From Lama glama (taxonomy: Eukaryota), in contig CM052817.1 of assembly GCA_028534125.1 (NCBI GenBank), positions 54,438,001 through 54,502,000 on the forward strand: a stretch of DNA of 64,000 nt, written 5' to 3'. A program made the position numbers and the translations under genes. Shown here piece after piece: positions 1 through 13,084 of the stretch. A model generated the notes under the pieces. It did no database searches, was not told where the DNA came from, and saw only the letters and a program-made list of their open reading frames with translations. Numbering within the stretch: position 1 is the first letter of the stretch; each line of letters starts with the position of its first letter.

Positions 1-1455
1 CAATCGTGGGGCCATCAACTCCAAGAAGGTGGGTTTGACTGGGAGCTAACCAGCCCACAGTACCACCCAGAAAATGGCACATGTCACAGTATGATGCCAA
101 AGGAACACGGCTTTTCCAGTTCCCTGGGGTCACTGGATTGCCCTTCTGCTCTACCAGGCAGCTACACTGAAAGCACCAGAGGCCAAATTGCTTAATTCCA
201 GGAATGGCTTATAACTTTGGGATGAAATGATAAAAATGTCCCCCTCCTTTTGCAAAGGGATACGATACACATAGATTTTAGGCCGTCAGTGAGAGGACTG
301 GTGAGCAGAGTTAAAGGAGCATGAGAGAAGCACTCTGCCCTCCTCCAGCCTCCGCAACGACTGTGCGCTCAAGCAAGCAGGGGTGGCTGGTGCTCTATGC
401 AGAAGATGACATTTAATGTGTAGAAAGACTGTCTTTCTTTTATAGATTGTTTCAAGTTCCCTGGCCATACAGAGGCAACAGAAATGGTGAAGTGTCACTA
501 CCTAGCTGGAGAAGGCAGTGGGTTGGTACCTCCACACCCTTGGAGTCGACGCTTCCCTGCACAGGTACCCTGCCAAGGATTCCCAATTGTCGATGAGCCC
601 AGGGGTGCACACAAGTTAGCCAAGCCGCTGAGCCTGGACCGCGTCTGCCAAGGATTCAAAGAGATGCCCTCAAACGAGCAGCTGGGTGCTCATTTCTACA
701 CCTCCAGATGACCACTACGAACTGTTAAACCTCTCCTCATACATTTTAAACACCACCATTTCCTAGGCATACACATTTTATACACTATTACACTAGGCAT
801 ACCTTAAAAAAAAGTAACACTTTTCTTTACTTCCTCCAGAGAAAATCTGGAAGACTCAGTCCAATTTTTCTTTTCTTTTTTTTTTTTTTGGCCTTCAGTT
901 AAAAAAAAAATTACAAACATACAGGACTTTAGTAAGAAGCAATAAATCTTTCACTGAGGAACTTTCATTTGTGTATCAAAATAAATTCATACATTTCAAG
1001 TTTCTGGCCACTACTATATCAAAATTGTAACCAGTCTTAAAAGAATAAAGAGTGGCTTCCACATTCATGTAGCATACTTTCTAATGTCAGTAAACACCTG
1101 AGTAGAGGCACCTAAACACACCTGAGATACGAGTAAGTCCACCGCAAAGCTTATAGCTAAGGAAAATAAACACCTTTAAAGCTTTCTGAAAGCTGGAAGA
1201 AAGAGCAATGATAAATTTACATCAGGAAGGAAATTTACAAAGGAAATTTACATCAGATCTGTCTTTGCGACCCCACTCAGGTACACACAAAGATCCTTTC
1301 TGGAAATAAAAAAAAATAAAGTATGATTTTTAAACTTTATTCCAAAAATAAGTTCTAACTTACCAATATATAAATTTTATGAGTAGAAAATGTATTTAAA
1401 GGACGCATCAAGAATTTCAAGTGAAAGAAAGGTTAACAAACATAAAGACACTTAC

Positions 1456-1618
1456 CTAGTACTCTGTGAACTCACATTTCTGAATGTAATATTTGGAGAC
1501 TTCCACAAATAACACTTTTCAAGTCTGGGACCTTTTCATATTTTGCCCTTGGGAGCTGATCACTTGCTTCTAGGTTGTCATTTCTATTGTGCTTCCAAAG
1601 GCACAGGGAAGACAGAAA
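1456..1618 (-). other. Candidate internal (probably non-coding) exon of the minus-strand gene
   Basis: Minus strand shows a pyrimidine-rich tract + TAG acceptor (ccttgtctttcttacattgcctag) and a consensus donor CTAG|GTAAGT ending at 1456; no recognisable protein. Confidence 0.25.
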
Positions 1619-3715
1619 CTAGGCAATGTAAGAAAGACAAGGCGACTCCAAACCACCTACCTCTTCTGCCCAAACAATCACTAGGTCACAAACACTCAGA
1701 CACACACCCTCAGCACAGAGGAAAAAAAATAAAAACAAAATACAGGTTGTTACCCCATAGTGTGTAGGCAAAACACCCACAATGTTGACACATAAATCTG
1801 AAACCCAAGTATAGGCATATGACTGACACCATCACTCACCAATCTAGTTCTACATGTACATTCAAAACCACTGTGTTCCAGGAGATCTTAAGAGAATTGT
1901 TTTATTTCTCTTGCATCAAGTCACAGGAAGACCAATGAGAAACCCATAAAAGGACAATTTTGCTTCACTTTCTTCTTGCTGTTCATGTTGTACAAAGTAT
2001 CCTAACTGCAGAGAAACCATTAAATGTGCTTTCCACTCTTTCCTCAAAATGCTGTAATAAAAGCAAAAGGAGATAAAACTACACATATGATTTCCCCCTC
2101 TTCCTTGGCATCTCTTTCTCTCTCCAAAGAGAATTTTGTGAAATGTTTCCAACCAATTTTCTATCTACCAGTTAAGAACACTTTCAAAACCTGCTTTCTG
2201 AAGAGGACATGAACAAAACTGAGATGAGAGAGTCTGACTTGAAAAAAAAATCTGAGTCACATGTTTCAGAATTATTCTTAGAAATGGAAATAAAATTCCA
2301 ACTTCAATCTTCACTTTCTGTATTTCCTCGATGACTAGCCTAGACAAACATCCACATAAACTGGAACAATCAATTAGCTCTGGTAATTATTACAGCTAAA
2401 GTGGTTTTCTACTGAACTAACAATTTTCCCTACAAGCTTCCCATACATTTGACAAAAATCATCAGTTACAGCCATGTTGAATCCCCTTACCACAGCCCCT
2501 CTATACAGTAATACTGAAGACCCCTAAGACAGCAAATAATTCAAAACTTTTATTAGTATAGAAAAGTGATGTTGTGGGTATTAAGAGGTAATTATTTACT
2601 TCATGGCCTGAGATTTCCTTTCCACCTTTCCCGACTACACAATAAGAAGATACAAACATATAAACTCATTCTTTACCAGTTGGGTCCCTGTACTTATCAT
2701 CCTTTCCTGCCATTCTTCTCACTGGCATTTCTAGTGGAGCTTGAAATTAACATTATTTTTCCTGGCCTTATGCCTTGCTTTATTTTGTTTTGTTAGTTTG
2801 CTTTTTGTTTTCCTTTAGTGTGTTAATTTATGCACCATTTTCTGAGAAGTCGGCACAGCTCTGGAAGTATTCTGTCTTAAGTAATGCTACAGAACAAAAG
2901 AGAACAGGGAATATATAAAATATTACTATTTAAGTTTCTCCCATGAATTACAACAGATTTTTTAAAAAGGTAAAAACAGAAGCGTAGGTTTTAAAGACAG
3001 AGGCTTAGGTTTGAGAGGGGAAAAAAAAAATCTCGACCATGTCATAGCCTTACGTTTGCAGAATAAAACCACCCAATAGTGTCTTTTAACAAGTAGCCTC
3101 AAGATAATATAAGATGAACACAAACCTACATGGTCATATAATCGAAATGAAAATCAGAATCTAACACGAAGCCTCCAGAGGATAAAAAGAAGTAAACTTC
3201 ATCAAAATAAAAAATCTAAAAGGCTTCTCTGCAATTATGGTTATGATAAAATTGGCACAGCATGGTTTTAACCACATAGAAGATTAATATTTATTTTCAA
3301 CAAATGTAGCTAGAAAAATGTTATGATATTCCCTCCTTTTTCCACTAGGAGCATGCTGACTGAAATGGATTCATTTATCTAAGTTGACAGCTAGACAAAA
3401 CTATATTGAGAATATTTTTTATCTCTGATTAAATAAGAACTTAGCAACATCTGGTTTGCTACAATTACCCAAAATTATTCAAAACAAAGTTTTTTTTTAT
3501 ACGCTTAACTGTGTCACACTGTGCTTAAGAGTTCTTTTTAATACAACATTCAGAAAAAATAAATAATAAAACAACTTAATTATGGAAGAAATGATTACTT
3601 CCAGTAAGAGATTCAAAAACTCACAGAAAAATTACTAATTCACTTTTAGAGCAGTCAAGATTACAAGTCATATCAGATATTTGATTGCCCAGGACAAGAA
3701 CTGAGGAGTTTTCAT

Positions 3716-3838
3716 GGGGGGTGAGGGGTATAGCTCAAGTGCTAGAGCGCCTCTTAACACACACAAGATCCCGGCTTCAATCCCCAGTACCTCCTCCAAA
3801 TGGAAATAAACGAATGAACCTACAAACAAAAAAAAAAT
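3716..3838 (+). mobile_element. tRNA-derived SINE (camelid Vic-1-like)
   Basis: GGGG..GGGTATAGCTCAAGTG-TAGAGC (A box), GGCTTCAATCCCCAGTACCTCC (degenerate B box), A-rich tail; same head as copies at 27.4, 52.7 and 63.5 kb. Confidence 0.9.
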
Positions 3839-4849
3839 TTAATGTTCTTTGAAACGGTCCCTTCAGCTGTTGAGAGGTTTAAAAGTATATCTCTTCCATA
3901 TGCTATAATCAGAGAACAGGGAATATCTTATATTGAAATAGCGGTTCTTCAAGAGGACACAAACACTGACATCATACTACAAGTCTACCTTTGAAAAGCA
4001 AGTTCTCACAGGCCATACAAAGGGCACCAAGTCCCAGTTCATACACATTCGCAATTGCTTTCAGAACAGCTGGCTTCAAATTATTTTTTCAAAACTACAC
4101 TATTTTCATTATGCATGCAACTGTATGCTTTTTTTTCTCAAAACTACCAGTAATTTTGCTGAATGTTACCCAATTATGATTCCTCACTGTTTCAAGGTTT
4201 TATAAAGCTGTACTCCATCCAACACAAGAGAAGTTTATTCAAGATGAAGTACTCTGATCTCACACCTTGTCCTCCTTAACAGTTCATTCTTTGTGACAGT
4301 AATCCTATTTTCTCAGATTGTCACTTTTAAAATAAGCAATGTTCTTCAAATTCTAAAAACAGTTGATTTCGGGGAAATGTACACTGGGGACAGGGGAAGA
4401 CTACGTCTGCCCTGAAATACGACATATACAAATTACATTTTATAGCCTAAATGTATTAGGTAGATATGCCTATAGAATGTATTAGAAATAAGTAATAAAG
4501 GCATTTCTGACATTCTTATCTGACAGTGCCTGCCAGTGTTCTGGATTCCATTTGTACCTCATAAATTGTGAGATAATCATTCCTTTCAGAATAAGTCAGA
4601 GATAAAAAAGATTGTAGTCAGAGATTAAAAAAAAAACTGTATAGTGTACATGAAGTAACATGACAAAATGATTCCAAATGGAAGGCCATGAAGATTGAAG
4701 ACAACAGATACAAAGTGATATCAATCTTGCAAAAAGTTTGGGAACAAAGGATAAAAAGAGATGGATTGAAGCACCATGTTCCACTCCTTCCTGCTACGTG
4801 CAAGGGTGATAGCCCCGATTTTCTCCACCCGTCTCTCACATACAATAAC

Positions 4850-5050
4850 CAGACCTTATGCAATGCATTATCTGACAGAAACTAATTTAATTCTCGTAAG
4901 CCCACGATGAAATACATATCATTAGCCCAACAATACAGAGAGTAAACTGAGGCTCAGAAAATAACCCAAAGTCACACAGCTATTACAGGGTACACAGTTT
5001 CCAGGTTTAGGCTTAAGTTCATCTGATCCTAGAGTCCATTTTCTAAGTCA
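4850..5050 (-). mobile_element. MIR SINE relic
   Basis: acagagagtaaactgaggctcagaaa...cccaaagtcacacagcta matches the reverse-complement MIR core. Confidence 0.7.
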
Positions 5051-5989
5051 CTAAGGCTCATGGACACAGCCAAGTAATTATAGAGTATGTGCTATTAATT
5101 TTTTAAACAGAAAAGACATATCATATATAACACTTAGCTAACATACTACATCTCCATCTTTGAAGAACTCAACCTATCAACATAAACCACCATCTCCACT
5201 GACATAATCAGGTACTCCAGGTTATGATAAAAGGGACTAAGTAGTCCCTGCCTTCAATGAAATTATATTTCCACAGAAGTATGAAACAAGAAGAGAAATT
5301 ATCAAACGCCACGGCAGAATGTCATAAATGCCATAAAAGAGACATAAAAGAGTTTAGGGGAATTAGAAAACAGAACACAAGGGGGAAACACAATATTTAA
5401 ATTATTAATGAAAGACACAAGTAGAAAAACATCTTATAAATTCTTACATAATAAACAGTCAACTTTTTTGCATTTGCCACTCAGACTATCAGACTGCTGT
5501 AGTGTTACAAGAAACAATGTATTACTGTCTTTTCAGGTACCGTTAAAATAGGAAATCCATTTAATGACTTCAGGAATACAAATAAATAAATCACTTTGCC
5601 CAAAATGGAAGAATTTTGTGACATAAACCCTCCTAACTAAATCACATGTAGTCCCAACATCTGATTTTATGATTTTTGTGTAGCACTTAAAATACAAACA
5701 TATAAAAATTCTAGTTACGGGTATACGTCTCCAAAGAATAGACTTTACCTTTTAGGTAAAAAAAAACTTAATAAATCTAACTAAATAATTGGATATAGCA
5801 TTATAACAATATATCAACAGGAAGATGAGTAAAAATTAATAACAAGTTCCTATAAGGTAATTTAAATAATGATCACATCACTTAGCTTTTTACAATAAAA
5901 TGAGAGTACAGCATATTAAAGTTGAAAGGGATATTATTTAATACAAACCCTTTCCTTGCACCTCAGTCAGCTGAAGCCAGAAAGAGGCA

Positions 5990-6562
5990 AGCTCTGGCCT
6001 ACACTTCCCAGCTGGGAAGGGGTGTAGCAGAAGCTTAGACTGGCATCTAACTGGTCTCTCCACCTCCCCTCTTCATGCCTCCTCCAATTATATCTACACA
6101 GAACAGCCAACGTGATCTTTGTCAAACAAAAATCTGATCTTGTTACAACCTGGCTTAAAACCTTTAATGACTGCCCACTGCTCCTAAGATAAAGGCCAAA
6201 ATACTTAAAAAACAGACGACACATTATGGACTCCCATTTACTTCCCTAGCACGTTTCACGTCACCTCCTCTTTCAATCCTGTGTTCCAGCTACTAGGACC
6301 TTCCCACTGTTTCTCACATGAGCTGAGCTCCGTCTCACCCTAGGCTTTGATTCCCTTCTTCAGGAAGCCTGTCTGCTTGACCAACTCCTTCACATCCTCC
6401 AGGGCTCAGCAGGATGAGAAAATCTCTCATCTGGATGGCCTGAGATCCTTAGAGAAAATATTCCCATAAAACTCATTATTTTCCCTTTTCTAATCTCTAT
6501 CACAATTATACTTAATTTTGTCACACAGGAAGCACACAATAAATGTTGACAAATGGATGAAA
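5990..6562 (+). mobile_element. L2 LINE 3' fragment
   Basis: ctaactggtctc...cacagaacagcc..tgatctttgtcaaacaaaaatctgatc...aaaacctttaatgactgcccactgctc; ends aataaatgttgacaaatggatg. Confidence 0.7.
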
Positions 6563-7884
6563 AAGATTAATGGTTCCAAACTTACTATCTTCTTACTATT
6601 TTCCCTATATTAAAAATTGTATTCTGCTAAGATAATTTTCTTAAACCACACTTATTTATCATTTTGCTCATAGAATTAATGAGCAATATCTTAAACTAAT
6701 ATCATTTGTTTTCTAGAACATACTTTACCATTATTTTATTAATATTCGATGATTTGTTCTAAATAAAAATAAAGTCAGTTTTATCATCACCCACTGTGGA
6801 AAGCCTTCAAATAGTTAAATGATAAGTTTAATTCTAGCAGTGGCGATACGACAGTCTACTGTCTTTAGTAAATGGTAATCTCTCTCTGAACAGCTGTTTT
6901 CCAGATTGGTGTTTTACTGCTGTTCCTTGACAAGTAAGAGTCATAACCATAGCACTGCCAAACTTGAGCACTGGTATTCCTGAAGCTAGTTCCTACATTT
7001 CTACAGAGTTTCTGTGGACATAAGCCAGTGGGGACAGGGAGAAGTTAGACTGAAAATGAACAGAAACCAACCTTCTGGAGTAAAACTCCCTCCTAGTCAC
7101 AGACACACATTTATATATCTCTAAAGATAAACTAAGAAATCTTGGTTTCAATATCTGTATAGATTTGACGTACCCTCCTCATCTCAAATTACAGTGCCTT
7201 GCCCATTCTTTATCGTCAACAGATAGTTTATGATATTCTGAAATTTAATATTATAGGCAGACAACTGATATTAAACCATTCTGTGTTCACTCAGTTCCTC
7301 TGTAAAATGAAAAATTCGGGGGTGCTGTTCCTATTGCCAAATCAAGGTAACTATGCTTAATTTTCTTCCCTTTACTCACCTCTATTAACCCCCTCCACTA
7401 GAACATGCCTGGGTCTGTGATGAGCTCTTCCAATGACAGAATGTGAAGGGAGCAGTGAACCAGCACATTCTCCAGGGCTGCCTACTCAACCTTCACATCT
7501 TAGCTCAAATGTCGCCCGCTCTGGGAAGTCTCTGCAGACCAGCCCACCTCCAACTCAGACAAGGTCTTATCCTGCTCCACCTCACAGCATCCTGGGCTTA
7601 ACCTTTGTAGCACTTACCAGATTTTAACAAATAATGTATGATAGATACCTCGCCTAACACTTCATTTCCATGATTTTGCAAGTGCTAAAGGCAGAGGCTC
7701 TTTCTGCCATGTTATGCTCCACAGCCCCGGCACGTGGCAGACATCTGGTACGAACAAATACACGGTGAATGACAAAATAAATAACTTAACAAAGCTGGTC
7801 TTTTGAGAAGTGCAGGAAAGCAGAGCAATTTAGAGTTCCACTTAAAAGAAGATAGCCAATTCAACGACCTATTAAAATTAACTA

Positions 7885-8030
7885 TAAAAGTGGTCGGTAT
7901 GCTATACGTTTTGTGTACATCATCTCATTTAATCCTCACAATAAAGTTAAGTATTATTTTTATCCCCATTTTGCACATGAGAAAACTAAGGCTTGGAGAG
8001 GGGGAGTAACTTTCCCAGCATCATATGCTA
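7885..8030 (-). mobile_element. MIR SINE relic
   Basis: ctcatttaatcctcacaata...tatccccattttgcacatgagaaaactaaggct. Confidence 0.75.
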
Positions 8031-10260
8031 TACAGACAGAGGGTTGGAAATCATGTCCTTCTGTCTCCCAAGTTTTTGCTCTCTTTTCTACTTTACTTCT
8101 TTGCTTCTCTCATGAGCATACATTACATTGCTGCATTTTGTATTTCTCTCCATGCGTATTTACTTTCAGTAAAGATCATCACATGCAAGTTAATGCTTAA
8201 GCCTTAAAATAATTTTAATACTTTTAAGTAAATAAATCCAGCCATGTGAATAAAAAAGGAGTCAAAGAGAAACATTAAGTATATACTAAGTGTATCAATG
8301 TATACGCTTCCACTTTATAAATGAAGAGATGGTGGAACTGCCTTTGTACAAGGTAATAGTACTGTGAGCCCAAAGCTCTGGATGTAGGATTTATTTTATC
8401 TATAAACATAAGGGAAATAAAGCTGATATAAAAAATGCTATCAAATCCTATTTCATATCCTAAAATGATTTACTACTAAATAAAACTTATTAGTATCCTC
8501 AATAATAGGGAAATAAAATATAGAGAAATAGGAGAGAAACATACTAGATTCCTTAACATTTGTAAAGAATGTAAAATATCTTCATCATGTCACTTTCTTT
8601 TAAACCTTGAAGAAAAGAATGTATAACCTATTTTATCTTTTGAAAATATGCTAATACCACAGTACCATAGCTCAGCTCTTTAAGACAAATGTAATGTGAA
8701 AATTCTTATAAAATCAACTACCTATTAAGGTAAGTTTTTGGAAAGATTAACTTGTAAACAAAGGCATTCTATTCTAATGAACTTTATCCATGTTATTTTA
8801 CCTTCTGGATGTTTTGGAGAGAAAGAACACATAGTCCTACCCACTACCTACAAGGAAACAGACCTTGAGAAGTTACATGACCAATGTGGTATAGCTACAG
8901 AGAGATGATGCCTGAAATCAGAAATGAGAATTCTCTAGAGCAAGGCTGAGAAATCCACTGATAAAAGGCAGCACATGCTATAAACCATCCACGTCACTTT
9001 GGGCAAGACAGTTCAATTCCTGACAACTAGTTACTTTTATTTTTATTTGTATAAATACCCATTGATTAGTAAATGGGGAATTGCTAATCAACAATTTAAT
9101 TTTTTTGAGCAGAGTGTACAAGAGTGTGCCTTTTAAGATTTCTTCCATGCCTTTATTATTCCACATGCAGGTACAGAGCAGTTTTCAATGGCATTTGAAT
9201 TTATCTTGCAACAGTAACTTCAAAAATTGCTTTCATGTTCAATTGTTTCTTCTAGGTCCATAAAGCACATTCATGCAGTTATACATTCATTATTAATCTA
9301 GCATTAAACTTGGTCTCATAAATATGTTCTGATACAGATTTAAAGAAAATAAAGAAAGTGAAATAAGAATTCGTTTCCAATTTGACTGCTAGAAATGTAC
9401 CTTAAATATATGTCTTTCAGACTGGAAGCAGAAATCACAAAGATGCTGCCTGAAGTAGAACTCGTTAGTCCCTCTTACTGAAAAATGAACTAATGAAATT
9501 AAATTCTGTAGGTATTGGCATTATTGTAAAAATGATAAAAAGTTGCATCATATGCCTACTATTTTCCTCTTCTATTTGACTTAAGCACTACTAAATACCT
9601 CATATTTTGTACCTCACTCTTATTCTTATAGACAGACCTCCACCTGAACTTAAATCTAGCAAAACTTGAGTTCTTGTTCATTAATTATGAGCCAGAATGT
9701 TCTGTTTAGTTACTTTTCTTTACTGATCTCTCTCTCTCTCCTTTTATAGACAAACTTCAATTACTATAAGTGTGTTTACTGACAATTTACTTCTCCTTCT
9801 CATCCTTAAATTTTAGAATAGCCCACACCAAGCTCACTGATTTTCTTGTTCCCTTAGAGGTTTGGTACAGAAGAGCTCTGTTAAATTGATTTTTTTTTAG
9901 ATGAACTTAAGAGATAAGTCCACTCAGAGTGGAGAACAAAACTAAGAAAGTTTATGGGAACATAAAGTAGATGCTGGACCTCTTAATTCTTCATAAATCA
10001 GTTTCATCATTTGGTTTTGTTTTAATAGATTAAAATCAAAGACTTTACGCACAGTCCTATTTAAATGTTAGTAGTCAGTAAATTTCATTTTTATTACTAC
10101 TTAGTTGCCCTCAGATTTTATACATTGATATAAATGAGTTAGTAATTCCTAAGAATTATCAAACAACTGGTAAATACTAGCTTTATTAAGTATAAATAAC
10201 CAAGAATTATTAACTACTAACTATACACAACTGAGAGTTAACAATTCTTAAAAATTTCCC

Positions 10261-10561
10261 TAAACAAACTTATGGTTACTTGGGGGGAAAGGGTGTGGAA
10301 AGGGATAAATTTGGAGTTCAAGATGTGCAAATACTAACTACTATACATAAGACAGATAAAAAACAAATTCCTTCTGTATAGCACAGGGAACTGTATTCAA
10401 TACTTGTAACAACCTATAACGAACAAGAATTTGAAAACAAATATATGTATGTACATGTATGACTGAAACAGTATGCTGTACATCAGAAATTGACACACTG
10501 TAACTGACTCTACTTCAGTTTTTTTAAAGAAATAATTGATAGGCTAGAAAAAAAAAAGGAA
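10261..10561 (+). mobile_element. 5'-truncated LINE-1 3' end (artiodactyl/camelid type)
   Basis: aaacaaacttatggttac...gggataaatttggagttcaag...tatagcacagggaactgtattcaata...gactctacttca, then A-rich tail; flanking duplication AAAAATTTCCC at 10250-10260 and 10562-10572. Confidence 0.9.
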
Positions 10562-11949
10562 AAAAATTTCCCCAAAAGAAGATGAGTTATGCACAGAGGA
10601 CAATAACACATGTGGATCATTGTAACCAAGCAGTAAAAGTCAAATAGTCATTATTTATTCTTTGTCCTAATAATTTGACATTTGTAGTACATTTGTGCTA
10701 ATTTGAATCTGTGCTACAGAAATCATCAGACAATGGGCCAAGCTTTATGTTACTTATCCTAGCAAAATATAACAGCCCACATGAATAAGGAAATGTTTAA
10801 ATAAACCATAGTGTGCCCACGCTATGAAATATTTTACAGTATTAAAAATGGTGCTCTCAAAAATTAGTGGCATTGGGAAACTGGAGAAAATTATACAAAC
10901 TGTATACATACTTTAACCTCAATTCTACTAAAACAAACACACACACACATAAAATACAGATAAGTCATGGATAAAATACACGGATAATCAAGCCAAAAAC
11001 GTGTGAAAAAAACCTCTGCACACTGAACACTGCAATGAACCATTATATTATGATATACTGGTTGTTTTCCATTTTGACGTTATGTATCTCTGTGTTTCAC
11101 AAGTATTCAACGTGAGCATCTACTATAATCAGAAAAAAAACTTTTAAAAATATGATCATTGTGAATGTGGAATAAGGTGCACTGGGAAGAATAAATAGGA
11201 ATTAAAATTCAGCTATTACTGGCACCCAAGTAGAATCAAAAGAGCCTACATAAATGATATACATGAGTGTAGCACAAATCCCAGAATAAATCTACCAAGC
11301 TAAGAGTTGCAGAAAAGGAAGTAACTCAGCAAGATTACTAAAACAAAGCAGATGGACTAGCATACCATCCTCTGACAGTGACACTATGAGTCCTTCACAC
11401 AGAGCATTCATTCACTTGTAATAATATAGGTTAATTTCTCATTTATAAATCTAATGCTTTCTTTCATACACCATTACTTTTTTGTTGTTGCTCTATCTCA
11501 ACCCCTATTTTCAAGGAAGAAAACACACATACACACTACTGCAATTTCACCATCATCCATTATTCAGTAAGAGTCTCATTGAATAAGTGTCTGCTTAGAG
11601 GCTCTAAGCAAATTTCATTTCTGAACACAACTGTCTGCAGCCCAGCAGGCTGTTTCGCCCAGATATGATCACACATTTAATCAAATGCACCAAAAACAGA
11701 AATACTCCCAAAGTCTGCTTAATACTGTCAAGTCATAAAAATACAATGTTGACAGCCTACTAATTTTTAGGGCTCTTTCTTCTTCAAGGGTTTGCAACAA
11801 TGAGGAAAGAGTTCTTCTAATTAGGGTATCTACCTACCTTTAAAAATTCTCCCAGATTATTTTACATTACTATTTATATAGAGTTGGTAATTTAAAATGA
11901 AAAGTCAACACAATTCTCCATTTCAAATAAAGAAAACAATAATAAAAAC

Positions 11950-12320
11950 CAATAAATGTAAGAGGTTCTCCCAACTTATATGAATGATGGCTTTAAAGCA
12001 CCATTTTACTTCGGCTGGCCAAGAGGCAGCATTAAACACTACCCAGACTCTAGGTTTTGTAATAATGGATCCATAGTAGACGTCTGTCATTTCAATAACA
12101 TTATTATTGGATAGGTTGAAGTAAATTCCCATTGGATTCTGTAGCTAATAAAGTTATCCACACAATTATTTGAAATATTCTACATGATGTACTTTTGAAT
12201 ATCCTGCCTCTATACATAAGGTTTATTGAATAAACATATATTCCCATCAGTAGTATGACATAATGAGTACACAAGCAAGTGTAAAATAATTAGATGTCTC
12301 AAACAGATGGATGGATTCAT
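11950..12320 (-). other. Decayed viral-like glycoprotein N-terminus (rhabdovirus G-like), putative endogenous viral element
   Basis: ATG at 12320 gives MNPSICLRHLIILHLLVYSLCHTTDGNICLFNKPYV* (signal-peptide-like). A shifted frame at 12045-11971 gives WVVFNAASWPAEVKWCFKAIIHISW, resembling the rhabdovirus G segment GWxCxxxxW...(C)ExxWY(F)xKxIxH. Contains stops and frameshifts. Confidence 0.45.
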
Positions 12321-12338
12321 ATCTGTAAACCCATTTTT

Positions 12339-13066
12339 TCTGCTTTTACTTCTATTTGCATTTGTTTTATGCTGTATTTATTCCCATGCCATAAGTTTTT
12401 GCTTCTTCAGTTTCTCCTGGGATCTTTTTCTTCTGTGAAACTTCCACTTCTGGTTTAAGTATAATGTGTTCCTTTTCAGTAAGAACCATCCCAGTGTAGC
12501 TGGTGGAGTTCATACTTAAGTTAATTCAACCATCAGTTCTGTGCCCAGTGGCACATTTTGGGGGCTTTTTCACCTGGATATACTCAGTGCCTAAACAATC
12601 TTTATTTAAACCTGGCAGAAAAAGATGAAAATTGAAAATACCTCTATCTTGGTTCGTGCCCTTTTCATGGGCCTCATGTTTTAAATACATAGTTTAAATC
12701 TTTTACTTCAGCAACAGAAAAAAAATTTTTTTTTCACATTTAAACCGGCATTTTTAAGCATGAATAACAAAAATTCAGCACTCTATGTACCACTGAACCT
12801 GTCTCCAGTGTCCCTGTTTGGCATTGAAGACTGGTAACTCCACCACTGAATGACGAAATGGCATACGTTGTTTATGTAACTGATGGCTTTCAGATATTTG
12901 GTGGCTTTTCAGATATGCATAGCCTTGAAAACTTGGGCAGTTTCACAGGTGTTCTTAAAATCAAAAATTTGAATCCTTTGATTTGCATGTTTTTGTTGGG
13001 TTTTCTGGGTCAAGTGAGTAGGAAACCATGTTCCACAATCATTTTGGCTGCTTACAAGAAAAGAGT
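12339..13066 (-). pseudogene. RPL17: Processed pseudogene of 60S ribosomal protein L17
   Basis: ATG at 13029 gives MVSYSLDPENPTKTCKSKDSN..; later FKNTCETAQ, SAEFLLFMLKNA, LTEKEHII, KLKKQKLMAWE* (stop 12378). 5' TOP-like start ctcttttcttgtaagcagcc, short A tail, TSD AAAAATGGGTT (13067-13077 / 12328-12338). Many indels and stops. Confidence 0.95.
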
Positions 13067-13084
13067 AACCCATTTTTAATGGTT

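Noticed and set aside
3720..3795. tRNA-like sequence (also at 27.4, 52.7 and 63.5 kb)
   Set aside because: SINE heads with A-rich tails and TSDs; no intact cloverleaf
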